Source: Hemiscyllium ocellatum (Eukaryota). From it: DNA of 64,000 bases. This document shows positions 48,700-60,834 of this stretch, piece after piece (positions within the stretch are counted from its first letter, which is position 1; every line of letters starts with the position of its first letter). The translations under genes were made by a program, and so were the position numbers. The notes beneath the pieces were generated by a model, which worked only from the letters and a program-made list of their open reading frames with translations, had not been told where the DNA came from and did not search any database. The stretch covers positions 24,179,231 through 24,243,230 of the forward strand of contig NC_083435.1 of NCBI RefSeq assembly GCF_020745735.1. Direction: 5' to 3'.

Positions 48700-50700
48700 A
48701 AAGCACACTGCTTTCACAGCAATATAATCAATCTAAAGGCACAAATAAAGATCATGGGTATGATCTAATGTTGCTGCTGAAACAATGGCTGCATGATAAC
48801 CAGGACTGGGAATGCAGTATTTAAAGATGGACATAAGGAAAAGGAAGTGGTGTTGTGCTGCTAATAATAGATGGGATCAATGCAGTAATGAGGGAGGATT
48901 TCAGATCAGCAGAGTAAATGTGTGTAAGCTGTCTGGGTGGAGCTAAGAAACAGGAAGGGGTAGCAATATCAGCTGGATTTGCTTATTTGCCACCAACAGT
49001 AGTAACGGTGTGGGGTGTGGTATTAATCAGGAAATGAAATTATGTTCTAACATGGGCAATACAGCTGGGTGACTTCAATCTGCATATGCACTGGGTAAAC
49101 TAATTATGCATAATGCAGTGAAGGACAATATTTTATTTCAATTCACTCATGGATGAGAGTGAGATTGGCTGGGCTAGAATTTACTGCCCGTCCTTAGCTA
49201 CTCTTGAAAAAATAGCTGTGAGCTGCCTTCTTGAACATCAGCAGTCCATCAGCTCTCATTCGAGCCATTATGCCATTGAAGAGGGAATTACAGGATTTTG
49301 ATTCAGCAACAATAAAGTCACGGTGATATAGTTCCAACACAGAATGGTGAATGTCTTAGAGGGGAAACTGTAGGTGGGGGTGATGCTAAATATCTGTTGC
49401 TTGGAATGTATCTGTTGCTCTTCTCCTTTTGGAAGGAAGTGGTAATGGGTTCAGAAGGTGCTGTCTCAGGATCTTTGGCAAATTTCTGCAGTGAATCTTA
49501 TCACTAGTATACACTGATGTAACTGAGTGGGTGGTGGAGAGTGTGGATATTTGAGGATTAGGTACCAATCAAGCTGGTTGCTTTATGAGAGATGGTTTCA
49601 AGCTCCTTGTGTGTTCTTTGAGCTTTTCTCATCCTGACAAGTGTAGAGTATTCCATCACACTCCTGACTTGTGTCTTGCAGATAGTGGCTAGGCTTTGGG
49701 AAGTTAGATATAAGTTACTTGGTGCACTAATCCTCACCTCAATGGAATGTATCTGGGATGGGATTGTCAAGCAATATCTTGGTTCACCAACTAGATCATG
49801 TGTCATTTTTGATCTCGTATTTTGTAATGCAAAAATGCTAATTAATAATCTCATTCTTCAAGAATCAAATGGAGTGAGTTGTCACTCAGACACTGTTACA
49901 TTATGTTTAAAAGTGAAGAAGTTCATTCTAATTAAGGAAATGAAGGAGGCGAGAGTAACAAATGGTTCCGGTGAATTGGAAAAGTACTGTATAAGGCCTG
50001 ACTGGACAAAGTAATGGGTGGGTTTGTCTGAAAAGCTTGATCACATGACTTACAGCAACTATCCATTTGTTCATGCTGCAAAAACTGGAAAAAAAAGCCA
50101 GTCAACCTCAACGGAGGTTAACAAATGAAGTTCAGAGTTGCCTTGCACTAAAAGGAATGATCTGTAAAGTTGCCAGAAATAGCAGCAATTCTCAGGTTTG
50201 CAAGGTTCATAGAATACAGTGTCAGAGGCCCGAGAAATCTGATAAACTAATAGAACGTTAACATAATTTAGCAACTTAAATATGTAAATAGACTATAAAA
50301 GCTTACATAGAGATATAAACAGAAAACATGACTGAAATAAAGTTGAATATATTACAGAAAATTGATATTGATGAATATAGGACTGGCAGAGAAGCTTTAT
50401 ATGTATTTTCAATAAGGAAGATACCAGAGATCTCCAGAAATTTTAGAGATTATATGGTTATACTGGAGATATTAATGCAGCTGGAAATGGATAAATCCCT
50501 CGGACCTGATAGTCTTCATCCCAACATGCTGAAGGAGATGGTTATAGGGATAATTGATGCATTTTTATTATCTGTTCTTGCTGATTGGAAACTGGTGAAT
50601 GTCACTATTATTTAAGAAGGGAGCCAGAGAGAAAATAAGGAATTACAAACATGTTAGGCCTACATCAGTAACAGGAAAAAAATGCTACAAATCTACAGAA
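48700..50700 (+). mobile_element. Highly degenerate CR1 LINE debris, with an inverted L2-like insert at ~49140-49700
   Basis: Remnants such as MDKSLGPDSLHPNMLKE (50328-50615); many disruptions. Similar debris at ~54100-56750 and ~57660-58380. Confidence 0.55.
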
Positions 50701-53700
50701 TCAATGAGCAAAAACTGATAGTCAAGTTCAATACCCATGAAGATGACCTCAACCATGATCTTGGGTTCATGTCGTTTACATGTCAGCCGACCACACAGTT
50801 CTGTATCTGTAAAACCTTCCTATCTGTCCTGTGTTGACACAATCACCTTGATAAATTATGATCTCTCTATCTTAATTACATCATATAGTTTTAGATTTAT
50901 TACTTTTGTTAGACCTGTAACATGTGATTCTTATACCGATCATATTATTCCAGTCAAACAAAAACCAAAAGAGCTCTGGATACTGTAAACCAGGAGGGGG
51001 TTTGCTTAGTGGGTCTAGCGGCATCTGTGAAAAAGATTCAGAGTTAACGTTTTGGGTCCGGTGATCCTTCCTCTGGTTTTCCTTCACAGATACTGCCGGG
51101 CCTGCTGTGCTTTTCCAGAAGCTTCCCTGTTACTCCAGTCAACTGGGCTGTGTCCAGCCCCACTTTATTTTCATTTTTTTTGTAATTATCTCTCTACCTC
51201 ATTTAAAATGACTAGAGATCATCCTTTCAGTTGTTATTCAGCCTTTGACACTTTACTCACACTGTATACTACTCTTAGTCACCTGCAGAGGCTGACTGTG
51301 CAACACCTGACTCACACCATTTATATGATCCAATATCTCTCCCCTTGATCTCTCTGCCGATAAACTGTGTTCTGTGTTTTTCTCACTCACTTCACCTGAC
51401 AAAAGGGGCTACACTTTGAAAGCTGGTGATTTCAAATAAACTATTGGACTATAAGCTGGTGTTGTCTAATTTCTGACTTTGTTCACCCCAGTCCAACACC
51501 GGCACCTCCGCATCATATAAATCTATTGTGGAGGATGGGATAATACACACCGAGGTGTTGGAGATCGGTTTGGGCAGTGTCAGTGTGGATTTGCAAAAGA
51601 GAAATTGTGTTGGACAAAATCGTTGGAGATTCCTTCAAACAGAATTTTAAGAAGAGAGCCAATGATGTGAATAAACTTAGATTTTAGAATATGTTTGATG
51701 AAGTCCTCTGCGCAGGCTAGTTAGAAAGATTAAATAGATTGGATAGGACTGGCACAGATGAAGGATTGGCAAACAGACAGAATCAGAGATACAGGTCATT
51801 CTCATGATGGCAGGTTGTGCTTCATGGGATAATACAAAGATCTGTACTTAGCTTCCAGCTCTTCACAACATACATCAGTGATTTGGAGGCAAGGATCAAA
51901 TGCAATATTTCCAAATCTGCAGCTCATATAAACTGAGGACAGGGAGAGGCCATTCAGTCCCTCGAGGCTGTTCCATCATTCAATAAAACATGGCTGGCCT
52001 ATGGCCTAAATCTATATACTAAAATCTTGATACTTTTGTTCAATAAAAATCTGTTCATCTTAGATGTAGTAGCCTGCTATTGTTCAAGAAAAGTGAAGTC
52101 ATTCAAAAAGAAAGCCAGGAATACAATCACAGCAACTGAAATAAACAGGGCAGAAACACTGGTCAAAAAGCAAGGTATGGTGGCAACACCTAAGCCAAGA
52201 CACACAGACAATTTTGCCCAAACAAGTCCTTGCAAAGATTCAAGCCCAGACAACTCCAAAGTAGAGAGATTCAAGACTGCTTTACAAGGTGTAAAGGGCA
52301 ACTCAATATTTCCTTTCAAACAAGTCACCACATGGGGCAGACATGCCTCAATAATACAGAAGATTAGGTGCATACTCTGGTTTCAAAAGGTGGATATTCA
52401 GTTCCCAAAGTAAACAATTCAAACAGGTCACTGTTAGCAAGCCATCAAAAACTATTAACAATAATAGGTGGCACGATGGCACAGTGGTTAGCACTGCTGC
52501 CTAACAGTGCCTGAGACCCAGGTTCAATTCCTGACTCAGGCAACAGACTGTGTGGAGTTTGCACGTTCTCCCCATGTCTGTGTGGGTTTCCTCTGGGTGC
52601 TCCGGTTTCCTCCCACAGTCCAAAGATGCGTGGGTCAGGTGAATTGGCTATGCTAAATTGCCTGTAGTGTTAGGTAAGGGGTAAATGTAGGGGTATGGGT
52701 GGGTGGTGGGTCGGTGTGGACTTGTTGGGCTGAAGGGCCTGTTTCCACACTGTAAGTAATCTAATCTAATTATGGCTAAAGCAATTAACTCAATGCCCCA
52801 ATTGTTCAAGTTCTTGGGAAAAATTAGCAAAATTTACTTACTCAGGTATTTTTCAGTGTAATTGCGAAAGGACTACACACCAGCAGTGAACCATAAGTGA
52901 AGCATGCAGACACTTTATTCAAATACAACAAAAAAATGGTAAGAAATAAACTTTTAACTGGATTCTTTGGAAACCTGAATATTCCCAGAGGCAGTCAGCT
53001 TTTGCTGGCTTTTCAAACTCTCAGAATTCCATTTAGTCCACACTGATCCTTCAAAGAGCATCCCACCCAGACCCTGTAACCTGGCATTCCTTCCCACCGC
53101 GGCTAACCCACCTAGCCTGAACACTGTGGGCAATTTAAAGTACGGCTAATTCAGCACATCTTTGGCGTGTGATAGAAAACCCACAGAGAAACTCTACACA
53201 GACAATGGTCCCGAGTGTGGAATCGAACCTATGTCCCCTGAAGCTATAATGCAGCAGCGCTAACCACTGAGCTATCCTGACATTCAGCATTCAGGGTCTA
53301 CTCCTTTTTCCTGCCCTTCCTTCGGTCGGAGGCAGGATTTTAATCGAGGTTTGCAACCTTTAATAAATGTTTGGAACCATTCCCCATCCACCCTCCGGCT
53401 CCAAGGCTCCCTTCTCGTTCCCACATCCTCACCGCCAGCACCTGGGAAAAACAGCACCACTTCCCTGTTGTGGCCTGTATAGGGGAAGTTCTCAACCGCG
53501 GTGATTTCTGGGTAGGTAAACCAGCCATTGCTATGTAACATCTCTTCGTTGGATATGGAGTGTGGGCAGGGAGATGATGGTTTTTAATTAATAAAATTTG
53601 GAGCCAAATTATACTTGAATAGCGGTAGTGTAATGTTCCGCCAGCACCTGCTGGGCGGATTACACCTTTAACAGTGTCGGAGCTGATATCCCCACAGCGA

Positions 53701-56700
53701 GATATCCGAGAGTTGTTGGTGTGGGTTTAAACCAGCTCATCAGGGGATGCAAACCTAATTGGAAGGAAGCAATTTTGACAACAGGAAGCAGAACAAAAGC
53801 AAGGAAGACGAGAAGGCAGGACAGAGAGCTGAACATCGATTATGGTTTGAAAGTGAAATGGTGTCAAAAAGGTAAAGTTAATAGCACTCCCCCTGAATGG
53901 ATGGATGGAACATTCACAGCAAGGCTATCAAGCAAAACGGAGAAAGTGAGGACTGCAGATGCTGGAGATCAGAGCTGAACAATGTGTTGCTGGAAAAGCG
54001 CAGCAGGTTAGGCAGCATCCAAGGAGCAGGTAAATCGACGTTTCGGACATAAGCCAGCAACACATTTTTCAGCTTCTATCAAGCGAAACGTTCGAACAGA
54101 GATCGCTATGAGCTAATTGCTATGACAGAAACAAAGGTGACATGTTTAGCAGAACGGGGAACTGAATAGCCAAGGGAATTCGAAGATTCGGAATAGATGA
54201 CGAGTTGTAAAGGGTGGTTGTGTTAGAACAATATTACGGGATGCCATGAATGGATTACCAAGGGAACAGCTCGGATCAGGAGTGGTGTGTGGAGTCTGTT
54301 CAGATGCTGCTGAAAGATAGCAGGGGGCAGCAGACGTGAGTAAGATTCATTTAGAGGCCACCAAATAGCGGTGCGGGTTTGTGGCATGACTTTCATCAGG
54401 ACATGAAAGTGTTATGTCACATGGACATCTCAGTTGCCATGGGTGACTTCTATCGCGCATATATAATGAGAAAACACAACACAGTTGAACGCCGAAGCTG
54501 TGAAGAACGAGATTGTGGAGTCTTTATCGGGTGGTTTTCTCAAACACAATGTTGGAGGGTCAATGAGAGGATGTGTTATTTTAGATCTAGTATTTTGTAA
54601 GAAGAAATGGTTCATTAATAATCTTGTTATTTTTTTAAAAAAAACTTCAAGAATGAGTGATCTTAAAACGACAGAGTGTTATATAATCTTTAAAATCATG
54701 GTAGCATTCTAGCAAGGGTGTTAATTTTCACATAAGGCAAATTATGAAGACCTGAGGTCCAAATTAGTTTTGGTGAAGTTGAAAAATACAATAAACGGCA
54801 TGACTCTACATAAGCAATGGACAGTCATTAAAGGACTGTCACATAACTTGCAGCCAGTATGCATTCTGTCAATGTGCAAGAAAGAAAAAAAAATACACTG
54901 TCAAAAGAAGTTCAGGACTCAGAGAAAAAAAAAACAAAGGCCTATAAAATTGTCAGAAAAATAACAGTAATTCTGAGTATTGGAAGGTTTGTAGAATACA
55001 ATAAATAAGATGCAAATACTGTTAAGCAACAGGAGATTACAATTCACTGTACTCAGGCAAAATAAGACACACAAACCGATGCCAAAAGCCTTTGTCATAT
55101 ATAAAAGGGAATGCATGCCCAACACAAACGTGGGTCCATTAAAAGTAGACTTTAAAATGGAGAATAAAGAAATGGCAGAGAAGTGAAAGGAAAACCTTAT
55201 GTTTGTCTTCACTGAGGAAGGTACCATCAGTCTCCAAAAAGTAGAAATCTAAGTCACCAAGGAGAATGGAGTTAGAGGGAAGTGACACCAGTAATAAGAT
55301 TGTACAGCAGAAATTAATGAGGCTGAAAATTGATAAACCTCAATGCTTAATATTCTTCATTTCAAAGTATTGAAGGAGTTGGATGTTGAAATATTTGAAG
55401 CATTCATGAATACCTTAATTTTCTATTCCTTTTGACTGGAAGATAGCAAAAACACGTGGTTATTTTAGAAGAGAGTGAGAAATAAATCAGAGAAGTGGGC
55501 GACATGGTTAGCACTGCTGCCTCACGGGTCAGAGACCCGCGTTCAATTCCCACCTCAGGCAACTGACTGTGTGGAGTTTGCACATCCTCCCCGTGTCTGC
55601 GTGGGTTTCCTCCGGGTGCTCCGGTTTCCTCCCACAGTCCAAAGATGTGCAGGTCAGGTGAATTGGCTGTGTTGAATTGCCTGTAGTGTTGGGTAAGGGG
55701 TAAATGTAGGGGCATGGGTGGGTTGCGCTTCGGCGGGTCGGTGTGGACTTGTTGGCCCAAAGGGCCTGTTTCCACACTGTAAGTAATCTAATCTAATCTA
55801 GAAACAGAAGCTGATTAGACTTTGAAATCTAACATTTTCTCTCCTATATATTTATGATAAAATCAATTTGAATTTGTAAAGCACAAAGTTTGGAAAAACC
55901 AAACTTGATAAAAGAGAGCTAACAGATGTACTCTAGTGTGTTTGTCCTGATGGGGAAACCAGAACTGAATGACACAAGTGGGGAGAAATAAGGCAGATGT
56001 GATTAAGGTCCAATGTGCTAAGTTTTTTTTATATGAAGGGTTGTGATTCATACTTGGAGGATGCTCAGCCTGAGTTTGTTCAGATCACAGAGAGATAAAT
56101 TTGGTTTCTGCTGGCATACATGGTTTTGGGGATGAGGTGAGTAAAATGTATTGCATTGTTCAATCAGACATGATCATACTGAACAACTGAGCAGACCGAG
56201 TTGGTGTTACTCCTATTCTGATGTTCATAAGAACAATTGTGGGAATGCCAGTTTAATGGGGGTAGCAATGTATCTATAAAGACAAACTGGAGTCAAAGGT
56301 TGGGAGGAAAATCACAGTTGAATGAAGAGGGGGCATTTCAGGCACAATCAAGTGTGTTTTCTCAGTAGTAAAAGTAGGGAAAAATGAAATACGGCTTCCT
56401 GGTTGGCAAAAGATGTCAAAATACTGATAAATAAGGAAGTGTATTTATGATTGTTGCAAATACAACATACAATTGAGAACTGCTTTGAATCTTTCAGAAC
56501 AAGGTAACAAAGTGAATGCAAGAAACATAACAGAAGTATGAAAAAGGTAGCCAACTAAGCATGTATTCCATAAATCTTCTTGGTATATAAATAAGAAAAT
56601 CAGAAGGAAGACCAATTTGGAAACACAAAGGGGATTTACCCTTGTGAAGAATGGAGGAAGGCTGAGGGGCTAAATGAATGGGTTGTGTTGGTCTTCACCG

Positions 56701-56789
56701 AAGAAGGTGCTGCCCAAGGCCATGGTGACAGAACTGGATAGGTACTTGAAAGGGTTAAAATTGATGAATTAATGGTAGGTTTTTGCAAG

Positions 56790-57600
56790 GTTTGTGAAGG
56801 TTTGGAGCTCAGGTTGAGGTTTAGGGTGTAGGTTTGCTCGCTGAGCTGTAGGTTTGATACCCAGACGTTTCATTACCTGGCTAGGTAACACCATCAGTGG
56901 TGACCTCCAGGTGAAACAAAGCTGTTGTCTCCTGCTTTCTATTCATATGTTTGTCCTGGAAGGGGTTCCTGGGGTTTGTGGTGATGTCATTTCCTGTTTG
57001 TTTTCTGAGGGGTTGATCGATGGCATCTAGATCTATGTGTTTGTTAATGGCATTGTGGTTGGAGTGCCAGGCCTCTAGGAATTCTCTGGCATGTCTTTGC
57101 TTAGCCTGTAAAAAGTGACGTCTGCAGATGCTGGAGATCAGAGCTGAAAATCTGTTGCTGGTTAAAGCACAGCAGGTCAGGCAGCATCCAAGGAACAGGA
57201 AATTTGACGTTTCGGGCCAGAAGGGCTCTGGCCCGAAACGTCGAATTTCCTGTTCCTAGGATGCTGCCTAACCTGCTGTGCTTTAACCAGCAACACATTT
57301 TCAGCTTTGCTTAGCCTGTCCCAGGATAGATGTGTTGTCCCAGTCAAAATGGTGTTTTTTTTCATCCATGTGTAGGGCTACGAGGGAGAGAGGGTCATGT
57401 CTTTTTGTGGTTAGCTGGTGTTCATGTATCCTGGTGGCTAACTTTCTTCCTGTTTGTCCTACGTAGTGTTTGTGGCAGTCCTTGCATGGAATTTTGTAGA
57501 TGACGTTGGTTTTGTCCATGGGCTGTACTGGGTCTTTTTTGGTAGGCTGTCTGTACTTAAAATGGATAAGGCTCCAAAACTGGGTGAGATGCATTCAATG
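56790..57600 (-). mobile_element. Penelope-like GIY-YIG end with hammerhead motif at 56861-56900
   Basis: NVIYKIPCKDCHKHYVGQTGRKLATRIHEH. Minus strand CCA CTGATGG T GTTACC TAGCCA GGTAAT GAAA C GTC TGG (A9 changed to G). Confidence 0.85.
57110..57304. mobile_element. Fold-back (palindromic) 195-bp insertion with 15-bp direct repeat
   Basis: Arms 57142-57220 and 57228-57306. ctttgcttagcctgt flanks both sides (57095-57109, 57305-57319). Confidence 0.85.
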
Positions 57601-58621
57601 AGGCTGAGAGAAGTGAATGTGGAAATTTTAGATGCAATGGCCATCCGTTTCAGTCTTTCTTAGACTTGGGATAGGGAGAGGGATAGGGAGAGGAAAAAGA
57701 GATTATGCCTGTAAAAATGAAATCATGTGTAATAACTAGAGATTTTGGAGAGATGACAGAGGGGGTTAATGTGGGCAGTGTTGTTGTTGTGATGCACAGG
57801 AATTTCCAAAAGCCTCTTTCACAGTGTCGCACAATAAACCCATGAATAAAGTGATACCTCATGGAGTGAAATTTGCTCATGGAGACAAGGGCGGCAATTA
57901 CAGGGGCCTTGACTCAAATATTAAAATAATCTCTGTCCACGGGGAGGGGCCAGAGAACTGGAGGACAGCTAATGTGGTTCCACTGTGCAAATTGTAGGGT
58001 GGTATGAATAGATTATGGAACTATAGACAAGTGAGTCTAACATCAGTGGCAAGGAAACTGCTGGAGAAAATGGCCAAGGAAGAAACTAATCTCCATTTAG
58101 GGAGGCAAGGGTTGATGAGGGTTATCAGCATGGCTTTGTCAAATGGAGGTCATGTCTAACAAATTGTTTTGAATTTTCCAAGAAGGTCACCCACAGTTTG
58201 GATAAGGGTCAGGCACTTGATGTCATTTATACAGATTTCAACAAGGCCTTTGACAAGGTCCCACCCAGGAAACTGATACAAATGTCTTGGTATCCAGGGT
58301 ACTTTGGGAAATTGGATTTGAAGTTGGTTTGGTGACAAGAGACTGAGGTGATGGTATTAAGCTGTCTGTGAGATTGGAGTCACATGCAGACCAGGATTGC
58401 ACTTTCCTTCTCTCAGGGGCATTAGTTAATCAGATGGTTTTTTTCCCAACAATACACAATGAATTCTTAGTCATCAGCAGACTCTTAATTCCTAATTTTT
58501 ATTGAATTCAAATTCCAGTATCTGGCATAGCAGGATTTGAACCTGGGTCCCCGGGACAGGAGCTGGGTCTCTGGACTAACTGTGCAGTGACAATACCGTG
58601 CCATCACCTCCCCATCGGCTA

Positions 58622-59082
58622 ACTGAAGACAGTGAAGATGAGAATCTGTGAGGGAGAAACCATCTGTGAAGATCCCTCTGACGGTGACACTGCTCACATT
58701 TCTGAGCTGGGACAGAAGAATGACTGATGTAGGTCTCACTTGAAGAATCAGGTCCCAACCCCGTGGATCCAGGCTCCACTGATCAATCTGAGGAAACACA
58801 TTCCCAGGAAAAAAAACTTTATCTCAATTCTGAAAGAACTGGGTGTGAACAATGAGCTGTAATTCTGTGTTTGCTGTGATATAGAAGGATGGACAATGAT
58901 GTCCATGTTCACACTGGAACAGGAGAATCCTGTTATCCCACAATGAGGCTCCGGGAATGTCCTGCAGTAGAGCCCAGGACACCTACAAGTTCAGGAATGG
59001 ACAGACACAAGGCAATCATTTCAGGGTGGGGAGGGGAATTATTTTGACAGGTTTTAAGTGTCTGGGAGGGTGAAACAGGGTT
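58622..59082 (-). pseudogene. Inverted class I 3' remnant: one minisatellite unit, last intron and terminal exon
   Basis: Reverse complement aligns to ~2535-2985. Acceptor ttcctcag| at 58788. Confidence 0.75.
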
Positions 59083-59089
59083 CTGAGAG

Positions 59090-60289
59090 AGTGAAAGTGT
59101 CACAGATACATAAATGTATCCAAACTAAATGTCACTTTTCCCCACTCCCACATACCAGGCCTTGTTATCACATCAGCTGCTATTGTACATAACCCTTGGT
59201 CAGATGCAAATAGTCCCAGTAGCAGCTATTAATGTTCCCAGACTAACCATTATCCACTCCTCTGTTTGTCTAATTGTTTATCTCTCTCTTTAGACTATTT
59301 CCACCTATTGTTTACCCATCCCCATCCCCCACAACATTTATCTCAAAGGATGCTGTCAGACCTGCTGAGTTTTCCCAGCAATTTCTGTTTTTGTTTGGTT
59401 TCCAGCATCTGCACACAGTTAATTCAGTTTTTTTTTTGTTAACTGCCACATCTCTTCTGGGTAGGGCCAATTTGAAGAAGTGCTGCTCCTCTCTCTGACA
59501 GGATTTCCATTCCAATCTTTCATCATCATTAATTTTGCTGTCACTCCTGGTGCTTGACAAGGTATTTGTGAAAACCCCTATCCACAATCACAATATTTCT
59601 CAGAGACAGCCTCTGGCTCCGACTCCCCCCCCACGTGGATTCCAACTCCAGTTCCATCCTTTGTGTTGAATCCATCCAGCATCACAGGTCTCTCTGTGCT
59701 GTTCAACGGTCCCCTGACAGCTGCTCTCATCACTTCCTGAGATCCACACTCAGTGTCACACATCGTCATATGCACATTCCCAACCTCTGTCCAACAGCAG
59801 CGCCTCATGCTGGCTCAGCCCTGTGGTTGTTGCCTGGTGTACTGATCTCTGCATTGCACTGGATGTGCACCAGCTCTCTGGTCCGTCCTCCTATCTCCCC
59901 ATGACCCATGACCCTACCATTGGTACAACAGTGCATTGTGTCCACAATGGTCACCAACCTCATCTCATCCAAGAATCTCACCCTCAGTGTATCTAAGCGC
60001 ATAGTCTCCTAACTCCACACATCTTACTTCTACCTCCTTCCCAAAATCCCCACACTGGGCTGCCTGGGCAGACTCACTGCTCCAGCTGCACAGGAACCAT
60101 CTTATCCTTCCTCAACTTTGTTTTGTGATCTGCCCTTGTCCAGTCCCTTCCCCCCTTACACCTGCCATTCCTCTGCTTTATGTCAGTTTCAGAATTTCCG
60201 GTTCATGGGCTCTGGCCACTTCCTCTTCACCTTGGATGTATCATCTCCTTTTACACATCCACCTCCAATCAGGATGGTCTCTGGGCTCT
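59090..60289 (+). mobile_element. Degenerate Penelope-like RT fragment
   Basis: YLLPKI.., LFTLDV-type motifs recognisable across frameshifts. Confidence 0.55.
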
Positions 60290-60834
60290 CCCATTGGCTC
60301 CAAATCTCATCGATCCCTTCACAGAGCCACCATCACTGACCTCAACAGTAATAAACCATTGAAAGATGTGAATTCCTGTCACTAACCCAATAAGAATCAA
60401 GGATCAATCATTAATTCTTAACTGAAACTGAGGAACAATCTGATCAAAGGTGAATGGGGATCCTGTATCAGGCCCAGGGAGACGGGGGGTCACACACGGT
60501 GCTGATCCCCAAGGCCTGTGCTGTCAGAGGGTCCCAGACTCAGGCAGCACTGAACCTTTCTCCAGTGGCTCACACCTTTCTCACACCCCAACCTGGAGCA
60601 GATAGGGGATGGGCTCTCTGATCCGGGTCAGAATTCCAGCTCTCACATTCCCACTGTCCTGGAACGACAGCCCCGTTCCATGTGGTCATTTATTTTGATC
60701 ACAGGCTTCACTCTGGGGGATGTAGTCCATGTCTGTCCGTGACCACTCTGTCAACCTCCCACAGGCACTGACCCATGATCGGACTCTGTGTGTTATTTAC
60801 AAGGGCCCTTTCCCTGCGTGGGGCTGTGAAATCT
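60290..60834 (-). pseudogene. Inverted paralogous alpha2 exon 5' fragment (60375-60290) with preceding intron
   Basis: gtgacag|GA ATT CAC ATC TTT CAA TGG TTT ATT ACT GTT GAG GTC.. encodes GIHIFQWFITVEVSDGGSVKGSMRFG. 60376-60834 is the reverse complement of ~27867-28308. Confidence 0.85.
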
